Virus record (IMG/VR): IMGVR_UViG_3300006925_002811
Direction: 5' to 3' (one strand)
Length of the DNA: 64,000 bases
Source: an uncultured virus (IMG/VR IMGVR_UViG_3300006925_002811)
Lineage: Duplodnaviria > Heunggongvirae > Uroviricota > Caudoviricetes
Shown: positions 1 through 8,472 of the stretch, piece by piece
Layout: every line of letters starts with the position of its first letter
How positions within the stretch are numbered: the first letter of the stretch is position 1
Notes under the pieces: model-generated
Databases searched by the model: none
The model's input: only the letters and a program-made list of their open reading frames with translations
Told to the model about the DNA's origin: nothing
Position numbers and translations under genes: made by a program

Positions 1-303
1 AATTACTGCAAATGGGTATAGTAACATTCCAAATAATGAGAACCATGCCATCTTACGTTGAGCATCTCTCATTGCATCAGCATCTTCTAGTTCTTTTCTT
101 TTGAACTCTAAGTGCATTTTTGCTTCTGTATCAGATATATGTCCGTCACCATTAATATCAGCGGCCTCCATTCCTTCGATAGTTTTAAAACCTCTGGAAT
201 CGTATTTTACGCCGCCAACTGGTGCCTCTTCACCTGCTTTGGCTTGTAAGGCATCGTACTCGGCACGACTCATCGTGACTTCTGCTTGTTCTTTCTCTGC
301 CAT
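1..303 (-). CDS. Partial membrane protein with EF-hand-like motif (runs off the left edge)
   Basis: Manually translated: MAEKEQAEV...ADINGDGHISDTE...KMAWFSLFGMLLYPFAVI; GGAGG RBS and GATAAATA upstream. Confidence 0.75.
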   Translation of the reverse strand, partial: MAEKEQAEVTMSRAEYDALQAKAGEEAPVGGVKYDSRGFKTIEGMEAADINGDGHISDTEAKMHLEFKRKELEDADAMRDAQRKMAWFSLFGMLLYPFAVI

Positions 304-382
304 TTTTTCCTCCTACGAAAAATTGATTATAACAGTATTTATCTAAAATAAACGATAAATAACATAAAGGACACACAGACGC

Positions 383-1489
383 ATGATATCATATTTTCAC
401 CTAAGAGATAAACAAACAGGCAAAACTTTAGAGACTTGGGGATTATTCAAACGTAATGCAAGTTCTTATATAAACTCGTTAACAGACGCAGATCAATCAT
501 CATATCACCATGAACTAATTAGAGGCATAACACTTGATATGCAAGAGCATAGTTTTGCTGAATGGTGTCCTACTGAAGGTACTCTAGTTAACTTTGGTTC
601 ATATGCTGAAATAAAACATAACAACATAAAGTTCTGTATTAGAGATCCTATGCATAGATACTGCTCTGGTCTAATTATGATTAATCATGATTGGGATATA
701 AAGTCAGCAACAGAAAGCACTATGGATCCTTACTATCACAACGGCGGCAAGGAAGAAATTGAAGCAATGTTTCCGTTAACTGAAGATACAGCCGCTCACA
801 GAACGAGGCAAATGTATGTGTGGCAGAACTTTGTAAGAACAATAAAAAATACAGTATATTCAGATAGCCAGAAGCCGTATATAGATTATACATTTGGTGA
901 AAACCATTTAGATCCAGTATTAACAGTAGTTGCATTAACGCCATACTTCAACCAACAAGCAAATGTAGAGTTCATAGACTTGAGAAATTGGACTGAGTAT
1001 ACAACAAATAAGTTACACATTGGCGAGGAACGTGAAGAAGTTAATCGCTGGAACACTCCTAAGAAACATGGGATAAGAGACCAAATTGGCCAACCGGGCC
1101 ATGACATGTTTAAAGTTTTGCAAAGAGAAATGCCACGTTCTTTTTTACAAGATCCTTTAGCATTAGAGAATCCACAAAACTGGAAAGTAAATTTCGAAGA
1201 CTGGCTGGCACCCGAAGTGGAGATGTATAACTTTCTTAGACAGAATCCTAAGATTGCACATGGCTCTGCCGAGATGGATAAACTCACAGACCTGTTATGC
1301 GAACAAGTAAAAGATCCTTGGTTCTTTGCTAGATCCTTTTCTGTAAAAAGAAACTTTGCACATCCAGGGCTCCAATCAAGACTTCCCAAGAGACTTGTTG
1401 CAGAAATAAATGCTTCTATAAACAAACTCCATCAATGGGAGATAGACCAGGTGACTAAACGCGATAGACGTGATACTCATAAATTCTAA
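383..1489 (+). CDS. Sulfotransferase-like protein (Sulfotransfer_2 type)
   Basis: KRNASSYI and KFCIRDPMHRYCSG resemble the 5'- and 3'-PAPS binding motifs; late motif at 354-361. Confidence 0.55.
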   Translation: MISYFHLRDKQTGKTLETWGLFKRNASSYINSLTDADQSSYHHELIRGITLDMQEHSFAEWCPTEGTLVNFGSYAEIKHNNIKFCIRDPMHRYCSGLIMINHDWDIKSATESTMDPYYHNGGKEEIEAMFPLTEDTAAHRTRQMYVWQNFVRTIKNTVYSDSQKPYIDYTFGENHLDPVLTVVALTPYFNQQANVEFIDLRNWTEYTTNKLHIGEEREEVNRWNTPKKHGIRDQIGQPGHDMFKVLQREMPRSFLQDPLALENPQNWKVNFEDWLAPEVEMYNFLRQNPKIAHGSAEMDKLTDLLCEQVKDPWFFARSFSVKRNFAHPGLQSRLPKRLVAEINASINKLHQWEIDQVTKRDRRDTHKF

Positions 1490-1492
1490 CTG

Positions 1493-1678
1493 TTAAACTA
1501 AATAGTTTATTTGATGTGAGGCTGTAGTAGTCTGAATTCTTCCGTTGTGATCGTAAACAGTAACAACATAATTAGTCTTTTGTATTTTGTCACCATTAGC
1601 AGTAGGGACAACTTTCTCCACTGATTGCGTAAAAGTATAAGTGCTAGGTAGCCGCTGAACTGGAGTTATTTCATTCAT
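1493..1678 (-). CDS. Small hypothetical protein
   Basis: 61-aa ORF downstream of a TAAATA motif and hairpin. Confidence 0.6.
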   Translation of the reverse strand: MNEITPVQRLPSTYTFTQSVEKVVPTANGDKIQKTNYVVTVYDHNGRIQTTTASHQINYLV

Positions 1679-1739
1679 GGTATTGTGGGTGGGGAGACTG
1701 CAGACTGTTATAATTAATAACAGATCTCCCCTTGATTAT

Positions 1740-2501
1740 TTATTCGTCCCAGACTGCATTAACATTTTCTGGGGTGATTGGTGCGGTGTTAATAGTTGAG
1801 TACACATAGTTATTCTGTATCTCAGGATAAGGAGCATCGTCCCAATTACCTTCTTTACATTTCTTTATTACAGAGTAAGGCACACCAGCAATTTCCATTT
1901 CCTCATAACTGCTTAGAATACGTCCTCTTGAAAAAGGTTGCATCATGCAAGGCTGAGGTACCATTTGCCAAGTACCATCTTCTTCAACATGGTCTTTGTT
2001 ATGTCTACCGTTATAAAATGTATTAGCAGTAGGTAATGATTTGTATATTGTTAATCCTTTATCTGGTGTGTGAAATAATGGTGCTGGGCTATGTGCATCT
2101 GGAAAATTAAAATTTATACTTTCGTCAACAATAAATGCCATGTCACCACCGTTGAGTTGTAGTTGGCTCCTTGCCATATGATCTAGGTACTCACCGTTTC
2201 TACCAAATCCATTTTTACGACCTTCCATTTTTCCGTTCTTTGGTTCAATACCTTCTCGATCATCGTCTGGTTGAAAGTAACCAAGTTCCTCTCCGTGTAG
2301 TTCCGATATCCAATACTTTTCTGTGACTTCCCATTGACCTGGACTTACAAAAGTTTCATTACCATTGTATATTTTTGTGTAACCCTCGTGGCCACCTTTG
2401 TGTGCAAGGTAAGATAGGTTCTCGTCAATTGTGCATTTTAACTCTTGGGTATCTGCATTGTGTACCCATTGTAGAACTAAATGTGGCTTGTCTTCTGACA
2501 T
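1740..2501 (-). CDS. Hypothetical protein
   Basis: 253-aa ORF, AGGAG RBS, late motif at 2534-2541. Confidence 0.8.
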   Translation of the reverse strand: MSEDKPHLVLQWVHNADTQELKCTIDENLSYLAHKGGHEGYTKIYNGNETFVSPGQWEVTEKYWISELHGEELGYFQPDDDREGIEPKNGKMEGRKNGFGRNGEYLDHMARSQLQLNGGDMAFIVDESINFNFPDAHSPAPLFHTPDKGLTIYKSLPTANTFYNGRHNKDHVEEDGTWQMVPQPCMMQPFSRGRILSSYEEMEIAGVPYSVIKKCKEGNWDDAPYPEIQNNYVYSTINTAPITPENVNAVWDE

Positions 2502-2549
2502 GTTTAACTCCTGTATAATTAATGTATACTATGTATTTATCATACTATT

Positions 2550-2636
2550 TGGTACCCGGAGACGGACTTGAACCGTCATGCCATTGCTGGCGAGGGATTT
2601 TAAGTCCCTTGTGTCTACCAATTCCACCACCCGGGC
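2550..2636 (-). tRNA. tRNA-Leu(UAA) with encoded CCA
   Basis: Reverse complement GCCCGGGTGGTGGAATTGGTAGACACAAGGGACTTAAAATCCCT...GGTTCAAGTCCGTCTCCGGGTACCA; long variable arm. Confidence 0.96.
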
Positions 2637-2643
2637 TAAACTT

Positions 2644-3324
2644 TTACTTACTTAATTTTCGTGTTTTAATCAAATGCTTTGCTACACCACGTGCGGCTGT
2701 GCTGAACGTTTTATTTTGTTCTTCTTCTGACATGTACAAACTATTAATAACTACTTCTGGCTGACTGTAATTATCCTTCTTGTGTAATGCTCTCTCGGCA
2801 TGTTCGATCATCATAGTAGCCGATTCAAGAGGATCAATTAGTGCTTGTTTATTAACATCGTCTCTACCTATTAATCCAGTTTCTACAAACCCCCAACTAA
2901 AATTAATAAGTCTACAACTGTTTTCATATGGGTATTTAAAACTCTCTAGTACACAATAGTCCTTTAATGCTTTCTTATCCTGTGCATAAACATTAGACTC
3001 ATCAAGTATACTATGAGGTACATAGGCAGTAATAGAGCCTGTGTTAACAATAACTTTGTTTGTATCTGACCATTTTTTATGCAACTTAGTACACAACATA
3101 TTCTGTACACCAGGATGCCATGCGTTGTTAAAAAATATATCAGGGTCAAATTCTATGATGTCTTGCATCAACGCTCTACCGTTTGCTTCTGCAAGATTCC
3201 ATCCGTTGCTTCTGCTATAGCATTTAAGTTCTAGTTTCTGTTGCCCGTACCCGCTTGTTAGCTCTAGTACATCTTTAATTGCTTGTCCAATGCCACTAGT
3301 GTGACCTGTAATTGCTACTTTCAT
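2644..3324 (-). CDS. Short-chain dehydrogenase/reductase (SDR)
   Basis: ITGHTSGIG Rossmann motif, FNNA, YAQDK (YxxxK). Confidence 0.85.
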   Translation of the reverse strand: MKVAITGHTSGIGQAIKDVLELTSGYGQQKLELKCYSRSNGWNLAEANGRALMQDIIEFDPDIFFNNAWHPGVQNMLCTKLHKKWSDTNKVIVNTGSITAYVPHSILDESNVYAQDKKALKDYCVLESFKYPYENSCRLINFSWGFVETGLIGRDDVNKQALIDPLESATMMIEHAERALHKKDNYSQPEVVINSLYMSEEEQNKTFSTAARGVAKHLIKTRKLSK

Positions 3325-3360
3325 TGTTCAATGTTCCAATCTGATTACATTTACTTATAG

Positions 3361-3954
3361 TTATTTGGGTTCAAGCACTACAAATAATGACTCTAATGTA
3401 TCTACCCCTGATGCAAATTGGGTATCCTTTACACTAATGATGTTAAAACTTTTGCTGAATAGTTTTTCTATTTCTTCTATGCTTGATCTTGATTTTAAAA
3501 CTTTTAAAAACATTAATTTGCCAACAGTCTTTGTTATGTTCTCAATGTACAATGTTTTAATATTATCTCTAACCCAATGAAAACAACCTCGGTCTAATAC
3601 ATAATCGAACTTTGTATTCAGTTGAGTGTTTAATATATTGTCATGTAGGAATGTAACGGGTAGAGGACAAGAATCGAAGTCCGGGCATGTATTACAAAAA
3701 TTTTGTTTTGCATGTTCTAACATACCCTTGTGTATGTCTGTGCCTGTTACTGTAAAACCTATCTTAGATAAGTGTAATGCTTGTCGTCCATTCCATGTGC
3801 CAATGTCTAAGAAAGTACCTGTGTCTATTTTACGTTTGTCAATCTCTTGCTTTAAGTCATGGTCCAATTCATCAGTGTAAAATGCATAGTCTTTTGCTAG
3901 GCTCTCAAACTTATAATCTACTGTTGACCAGCCTGCTCTATCAAATGGTTCCAT
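3361..3954 (-). CDS. Class I SAM-dependent methyltransferase
   Basis: FLDIGTWNG, VTGTDI, FDYVLDRGCFH motifs. Confidence 0.85.
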   Translation of the reverse strand: MEPFDRAGWSTVDYKFESLAKDYAFYTDELDHDLKQEIDKRKIDTGTFLDIGTWNGRQALHLSKIGFTVTGTDIHKGMLEHAKQNFCNTCPDFDSCPLPVTFLHDNILNTQLNTKFDYVLDRGCFHWVRDNIKTLYIENITKTVGKLMFLKVLKSRSSIEEIEKLFSKSFNIISVKDTQFASGVDTLESLFVVLEPK

Positions 3955-4000
3955 GTTCTCCTGGGTAGTTTGCTTCTACCAAATACTTATAAGAATTAAG

Positions 4001-4077
4001 TGGTGGGCCCTGTAGGATTTGAACCTACGACCTGCCGATTATGAGTCGGATGCTCTAACCATCTGAGCTAAAGGCCC
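4001..4077 (-). tRNA. tRNA with CAU anticodon, most likely tRNA-Ile2 (lysidine type)
   Basis: GGGCCTTTAGCTCAGATGGTTAGAGCATCCGACTCATAATCGG...GGTTCAAATCCTACAGGGCCCACCA; resembles ileX-type, lacks the initiator GGG/CCC anticodon stem. Confidence 0.9.
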
Positions 4078-4081
4078 TAAT

Positions 4082-4158
4082 TGGCGTCCCCGGCAGGAGT
4101 CGAACCTGCAACCTACGGCTTAGAAGGCCGTTGCTCTATCCAATTGAGCTACAAGGAC
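4082..4158 (-). tRNA. tRNA-Arg(UCU)
   Basis: GTCCTTGTAGCTCAATTGGATAGAGCAACGGCCTTCTAAGCCG...GGTTCGACTCCTGCCGGGGACGCCA. Confidence 0.95.
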
Positions 4159-4167
4159 TTAAACGTT

Positions 4168-4365
4168 TTATCCCTTAGGTCTGTACTTTTCGTACATTTT
4201 ATCTGCAATCTCGTCCATGCCGAGACCACAAAGTATATCACGTTGTCGACGTATGTCGTCACGTTGATCACGTCCTCGTTGCCACACCTTGTGGTCGTCG
4301 CTGTACTCATAGTACCAATCGTGTGTCTTGAGCAGTCGCTCTAGCTCTACTAAATCCGGGTGCAT
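4168..4365 (-). CDS. Small hypothetical phage protein
   Basis: Start re-placed to MHPDLV behind GAGGAG RBS; HDWYYEYSDD motif. Confidence 0.7.
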   Translation of the reverse strand: MHPDLVELERLLKTHDWYYEYSDDHKVWQRGRDQRDDIRRQRDILCGLGMDEIADKMYEKYRPKG

Positions 4366-4430
4366 AACTTTCTCCTCACCGTATGAAGTAACACGGCTCC
4401 TTCTTTTGTTGTTTGAAATAATTGTGTGCA

Positions 4431-4862
4431 TTACCATTGCGCCTTTGAAAACGATTCTGCTAGTTTATGTTGCAATCGCCTTGCTTCTTTCTCCCAAGGC
4501 TGATCCCAATACTCAACGTTGTCGCAATACTTGTTGCTCTTCCATTGCGACATTGTGCTGTTTAGTTCGCCTCTAGCAAACTGTCGTACATGCACCATTT
4601 CGTGTGCAAGTGTTGTAATCCAGTCGCCCCATGTAGCAACATCTATGGTGAAGTTGCGGTTAGAGATTGGCTCACATAGTCCTTCGCAGTCTCTAGAGTC
4701 TGCAAAACTTAAGGTTATTCCTTCGTGTAAACGAACTAGGATGTTCAACTTCAATCGTTGTATGCCTAATTGCTTTGCAAAGTGTTTGACTGCTAACATT
4801 GTGTAAGCCTGCCGCATTGGATCTAGTTGTCCTTCGCGGGGACCTGTAACTGCTATACGCAT
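4431..4862 (-). CDS. Putative zinc metallopeptidase
   Basis: LAHEMVH (HExxH) and downstream PWEKEA. Confidence 0.75.
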   Translation of the reverse strand: MRIAVTGPREGQLDPMRQAYTMLAVKHFAKQLGIQRLKLNILVRLHEGITLSFADSRDCEGLCEPISNRNFTIDVATWGDWITTLAHEMVHVRQFARGELNSTMSQWKSNKYCDNVEYWDQPWEKEARRLQHKLAESFSKAQW

Positions 4863-4874
4863 TTGCGTACTCCT

Positions 4875-5573
4875 TTACTTAGTGTTTAAGACTTTAATAC
4901 GATTCACCATAGTTTCTTTACCACGGTGGTATTTGCTAATGCTATGACTCTTGACGTAGGCACCAATAGTAATAATGTCACCTACTTTAGATTCGATGTC
5001 ATTGTTAAAGAACTTAACAATGTTTTTGTCATCGACACTTGCACAAAATAATTTAGAACCTACACTAGCAATGTATCTAATGTTTTCGATCTTGATAGTC
5101 AAGTTGTCACGTTTGCCAACTGTACCAACATAATCAGAAACATCTGATAGTTTACCTTCTCGTTCTGCCCAAACATCTGAATCTAGTTTATTAGAATAAA
5201 CTTTAGGCAAACTAGCGGCAATGCCAATTCGGTCTTTACCAATGCTATCTGATGATACTAACTTGAGAACATTTTTCTCAAAGTCTGTTAGGTCACGTTC
5301 CATAGCCTTGAAAGTTAAACCCTTTAGGTAATCAATAATTGCTTCAGCCTGTTGTTCATCACCGGGACGTATCTCAACTAGGTCGCGTTTGTTCTCGCCA
5401 CTAGCCTTATCAAATGTTCCCAAGAAATGGTTATACAGAAACGAGCTATTTGCTATTGTGCCTTCATCAGGCCTAGCATCTGCAGATTTAATAAAACCTT
5501 TATTGATTCTGTGTACAGCACATGCGGCTGATAACACTTCGTTGACTGTAAACAATGGATTCTTGTTTGACAT
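4875..5573 (-). CDS. Conserved phage hypothetical protein with OB-fold-like C-terminus
   Basis: 232 aa, sigma70-type promoter upstream; beta-rich C-terminus ending ETMVNRIK. Confidence 0.7.
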   Translation of the reverse strand: MSNKNPLFTVNEVLSAACAVHRINKGFIKSADARPDEGTIANSSFLYNHFLGTFDKASGENKRDLVEIRPGDEQQAEAIIDYLKGLTFKAMERDLTDFEKNVLKLVSSDSIGKDRIGIAASLPKVYSNKLDSDVWAEREGKLSDVSDYVGTVGKRDNLTIKIENIRYIASVGSKLFCASVDDKNIVKFFNNDIESKVGDIITIGAYVKSHSISKYHRGKETMVNRIKVLNTK

Positions 5574-5604
5574 ATTCTACTCCTAAATTCCTAATTACCC
5601 AACT

Positions 5605-5632
5605 ATTATAGCAAACTTTACTTAAATGTCAA
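5605..5632 (-). promoter_or_regulatory. sigma70-type early promoter
   Basis: TTGACA-N16-TATAAT with TG extension on minus strand. Confidence 0.8.
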
Positions 5633-5852
5633 CCACTTCATTACCATTTGCAAACAGCAACAACTCTTGAGCAACTTGAAGAGCCTCTTCACGAGTGAGC
5701 TGGACTTTGTTAAACATGCTGTCAGCAAACTCAGTGATTACTTCTTCTTTACGTTGAGTGAGTTGAATACAAGTACCGCGTTCTTTACCACCAAAAAAAC
5801 GTGTTTGGGTGATTTCAGACTGGCTTGGGATATTGCGTAGCTCGGTAGACAT
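5622..5852 (-). CDS. Small hypothetical protein
   Basis: 76 aa, GGAG RBS, promoter upstream. Confidence 0.75.
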   Translation of the reverse strand: MSTELRNIPSQSEITQTRFFGGKERGTCIQLTQRKEEVITEFADSMFNKVQLTREEALQVAQELLLFANGNEVVDI

Positions 5853-5883
5853 ATTGTCTCCTATTTGCTGTAAGTAAGTGTAT

Positions 5884-5911
5884 ATTATAGCAAATTACAC
5901 GGTTTTGTCAA
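5884..5911 (-). promoter_or_regulatory. sigma70-type early promoter
   Basis: TTGACA-N16-TATAAT with TG extension. Confidence 0.8.
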
Positions 5912-5931
5912 CCGTTATATGGGTGCGTAAC

Positions 5932-6528
5932 CTATTGATTTATAATATAATTATAAATTTCTTGCCAATTTTTTACTACATAACCCTTAGGTTCTGTCAT
6001 ATTATGCCCGTGTTCTACCAAAATACCTTTAAATCCAGCATTGATTCCTGCTTGTACATTGTCAGGCTTGTCCTCAATCCAGAAGTTATTGGTGTACTTG
6101 GTACCTAATTCTGCAAGGATATCGTCCTTATCAGCACCAGTATCTAAACAAATAACATCAACGAATGCATCGCCAAATAACTTGTTCAAGTTCCTAGTCC
6201 TAAGTTCTTTAGCATAAGGATCTAAAGACAGAGAAGTAACTGCTATAAACTTATAGCCGTGTTGCTCAGACAACTTCTTAACAAAATACTGTGCATCTCT
6301 GAGGGGAGGGAGAAAGCCAATTGCGGCACTCTCATTGAATACTTTGACTAGGTTGGAACCTGCTTGATAAGACATACCGTATCGTTCTCCGATAGAGTAC
6401 ATGAACTGATAACCTTCAACTTTTGTGTGTCCATGATGTTCAGCCCAAACAGAAAAGCCCTCTTCCCAATCGAGGACTACTCCGTCTACATCTGTTAAAA
6501 TAATTTTTTCTTTCTTTACCATATGCAA
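5932..6528 (-). CDS. HAD-family phosphatase / 5'-nucleotidase-like
   Basis: DVDGV motif I, WIEDK motif IV. Confidence 0.8.
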   Translation of the reverse strand: MHMVKKEKIILTDVDGVVLDWEEGFSVWAEHHGHTKVEGYQFMYSIGERYGMSYQAGSNLVKVFNESAAIGFLPPLRDAQYFVKKLSEQHGYKFIAVTSLSLDPYAKELRTRNLNKLFGDAFVDVICLDTGADKDDILAELGTKYTNNFWIEDKPDNVQAGINAGFKGILVEHGHNMTEPKGYVVKNWQEIYNYIINQ

Positions 6529-6540
6529 GTAACTTTTCTC

Positions 6541-6966
6541 CTATCTAGTGTAATGGCTTTCACACAATGGGTCCATGTGTGTCCCAATGCTGTTAATACC
6601 AATAGTTACTGTAATCTCATTACCGTTGTAAGGGCTTCTGCCTGTTCTGGTAATTTGAGGCTCAACATAGTCATCAAGTGCTACAACTTCAAGTCTATCA
6701 GCAACATTAAGCATGTCACGTCCTAAAGGCTCATCTTCAGTTGCCGGAAATGCTTCTCTGTAAAAGTTGTACCATCTTGAATGATATTCAGGCTTACCTT
6801 CGGCAACTACTTTTTCAACATCAGCAACTGCATTTTCATAAAACTTAATAGTTCTAGTGATACCAGCCTTAGCCGCACCTTGTGATTTGTAATTAGACCC
6901 TTTCCAACTTGGTCTGCTAGGCTCAACGTGTAACGTGCCTTTCTCTGTATTTACTATTGTGAACAT
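6541..6966 (-). CDS. Hypothetical early protein
   Basis: 141 aa, AGGAG RBS, sigma70 promoter upstream. Confidence 0.75.
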   Translation of the reverse strand: MFTIVNTEKGTLHVEPSRPSWKGSNYKSQGAAKAGITRTIKFYENAVADVEKVVAEGKPEYHSRWYNFYREAFPATEDEPLGRDMLNVADRLEVVALDDYVEPQITRTGRSPYNGNEITVTIGINSIGTHMDPLCESHYTR

Positions 6967-7000
6967 AAAAACTCCTACCTTTTTATTAATTTATACAACT

Positions 7001-7028
7001 ATTATAGCAAGATTCTAGGATTTGTCAA
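7001..7028 (-). promoter_or_regulatory. sigma70-type early promoter
   Basis: GGTTGACA-N16-TATAATAGTTGTATAA; close copy at 50918-50945. Confidence 0.85.
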
Positions 7029-7087
7029 CCTTTTTCTACGATGCCAAAACCGCTATATTACTATGGTCTAAGTGTATAAATACAAGT

Positions 7088-7672
7088 ATGAAGAAAACTG
7101 CACCCTCAATGTCCACTTATCCTGTATTCCCTAACTGGGTTTTTGAGGGTAAATTAGAGCTAGATAACGAAATGAAAGCAATGGTGTTACAGCAATTTGC
7201 TAATATGCACAAGGTAAAGTTACATTTTGGACACATTACAAAGATACAAAAAGTTACAGATAGTGTGTTTAGCCTTAGCCAGTTGTGTAGTAAAATGTTT
7301 TTTGATAATGTTGTAAACCATTTTCAATTACCAGCAGGGTTGCAAAACTTAGAGAGCTGTGAGAACCAGTTGGTGTGTATAGATTCGGGTATGAACATAC
7401 CTGCTAGTATAAATAGAATGCGTTGGTATCAGTGTGTTGTATTTGTTGAAGGAGATGAGACTACGAGTAACTTATATCTAGATTCGTTAGATACAAAATT
7501 GTATGCTACACCAGACCCTGATGTACAAGAGTACACACATTTTATCAAGTACCAACCATGGAAGGTAGTATTCTTCCCAGCACATATACCGTGGGGATTC
7601 ACTCCCAACTTATCTAAGAAAAAGGCTATGTTTTTTACACACTCATACCACATGTTACCAAGGACATCGTAA
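7088..7672 (+). CDS. 2OG-Fe(II) oxygenase-like fold, apparently lacking metal ligands
   Basis: VVFFPAHIPWGFTPN resembles the FPSxLxHxVxPN C-terminus with His replaced by Trp; start re-placed after TATAAATA (7075-7082). Confidence 0.55.
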   Translation: MKKTAPSMSTYPVFPNWVFEGKLELDNEMKAMVLQQFANMHKVKLHFGHITKIQKVTDSVFSLSQLCSKMFFDNVVNHFQLPAGLQNLESCENQLVCIDSGMNIPASINRMRWYQCVVFVEGDETTSNLYLDSLDTKLYATPDPDVQEYTHFIKYQPWKVVFFPAHIPWGFTPNLSKKKAMFFTHSYHMLPRTS

Positions 7673-7996
7673 ATGACATTTGTAGTAGGAAGCCCTTGCG
7701 TTGGCTGTAAAGATACTGAGTGTGTAACTGTTTGTCCTGTAGACTGTTTTTATGAAGGCCCAAACATGCTTGTCATTGATCCAGATGAATGTATTGACTG
7801 TGCGTTGTGTGAACCAGCATGTCCGGTTGATGCTATTTGGAGTGAGGATGAACTACCAGCAGATCAAATTCCTTTTATAGCCATTAACGCAGAAAAAGTA
7901 GAAGAATACAAAAACATTATTGATCAGCAACCTGCTATGGCTGAAGCCTCACCCTATTCAACACAAGAAGCAATAGATCTAATCCTAGCAGAATAA
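7673..7996 (+). CDS. fdxA: 7Fe ferredoxin (FdxA type)
   Basis: [18 protein letters not shown] and [12 protein letters not shown]. Confidence 0.92.
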   Translation: MTFVVGSPCVGCKDTECVTVCPVDCFYEGPNMLVIDPDECIDCALCEPACPVDAIWSEDELPADQIPFIAINAEKVEEYKNIIDQQPAMAEASPYSTQEAIDLILAE

Positions 7997-8002
7997 CAAG
8001 TC

Positions 8003-8031
8003 AAAAAAAAGCACACCTAAGTGTGCTTTTT
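8003..8031. terminator. Bidirectional intrinsic terminator
   Basis: A8-GCACAC-CTAA-GTGTGC-T5 between convergent genes. Confidence 0.85.
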
Positions 8032-8055
8032 AATTCTATATAGTTTATACTAATC

Positions 8056-8349
8056 TTAGAAGTCGCAAACGCCTGCCCATGCAACACCAGCCTGTCCAAA
8101 TGCGTCTGATGAATCATCAGCAACTGCTGGTCCACCTTCGTACGCAACATGTACTGCTGTTGTAGCCGCTACTGCAAAGCCGTCAATACCTGTAACTGAG
8201 TAGTTCAAGTTTTGAAGTGCTTGGATAAGACCATCCATCTTAGCCTGTGTCATTCCACCTGCACCTGCGTGAGTGGCTGTAGCCACGTGAATGTCTCTTC
8301 CGAAACCGTTTAAGTCTTTAGTAAAACCGTTTACTTTAGTCTGTGCCAT
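8056..8349 (-). CDS. Small late protein, probably virion structural
   Basis: Ala/Gly-rich 97 aa starting MAQTKVNG behind GGAG RBS; late motif at 8402-8409. Confidence 0.7.
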   Translation of the reverse strand: MAQTKVNGFTKDLNGFGRDIHVATATHAGAGGMTQAKMDGLIQALQNLNYSVTGIDGFAVAATTAVHVAYEGGPAVADDSSDAFGQAGVAWAGVCDF

Positions 8350-8418
8350 TTTTAATTCTCCCAAATGTTTATGTGATAAAGAATATCTTTATCGTTACTA
8401 TTATTTATCACTTTAGCC

Positions 8419-8449
8419 AAAAAAATACCCCACTAAAGTGAGGTATTTT
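8419..8449 (-). terminator. Intrinsic terminator after fibre gene
   Basis: AAAAATACCCCAC-TAAA-GTGAGGTATTTT hairpin with U-run on minus strand. Confidence 0.75.
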
Positions 8450-8472
8450 AATGTTTTAAGTTAAATTAACTA

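Noticed and set aside
2522..4344. ORFs 2522..2764 and 4081..4344 on the plus strand
   Set aside because: They are antisense translations of tRNA genes
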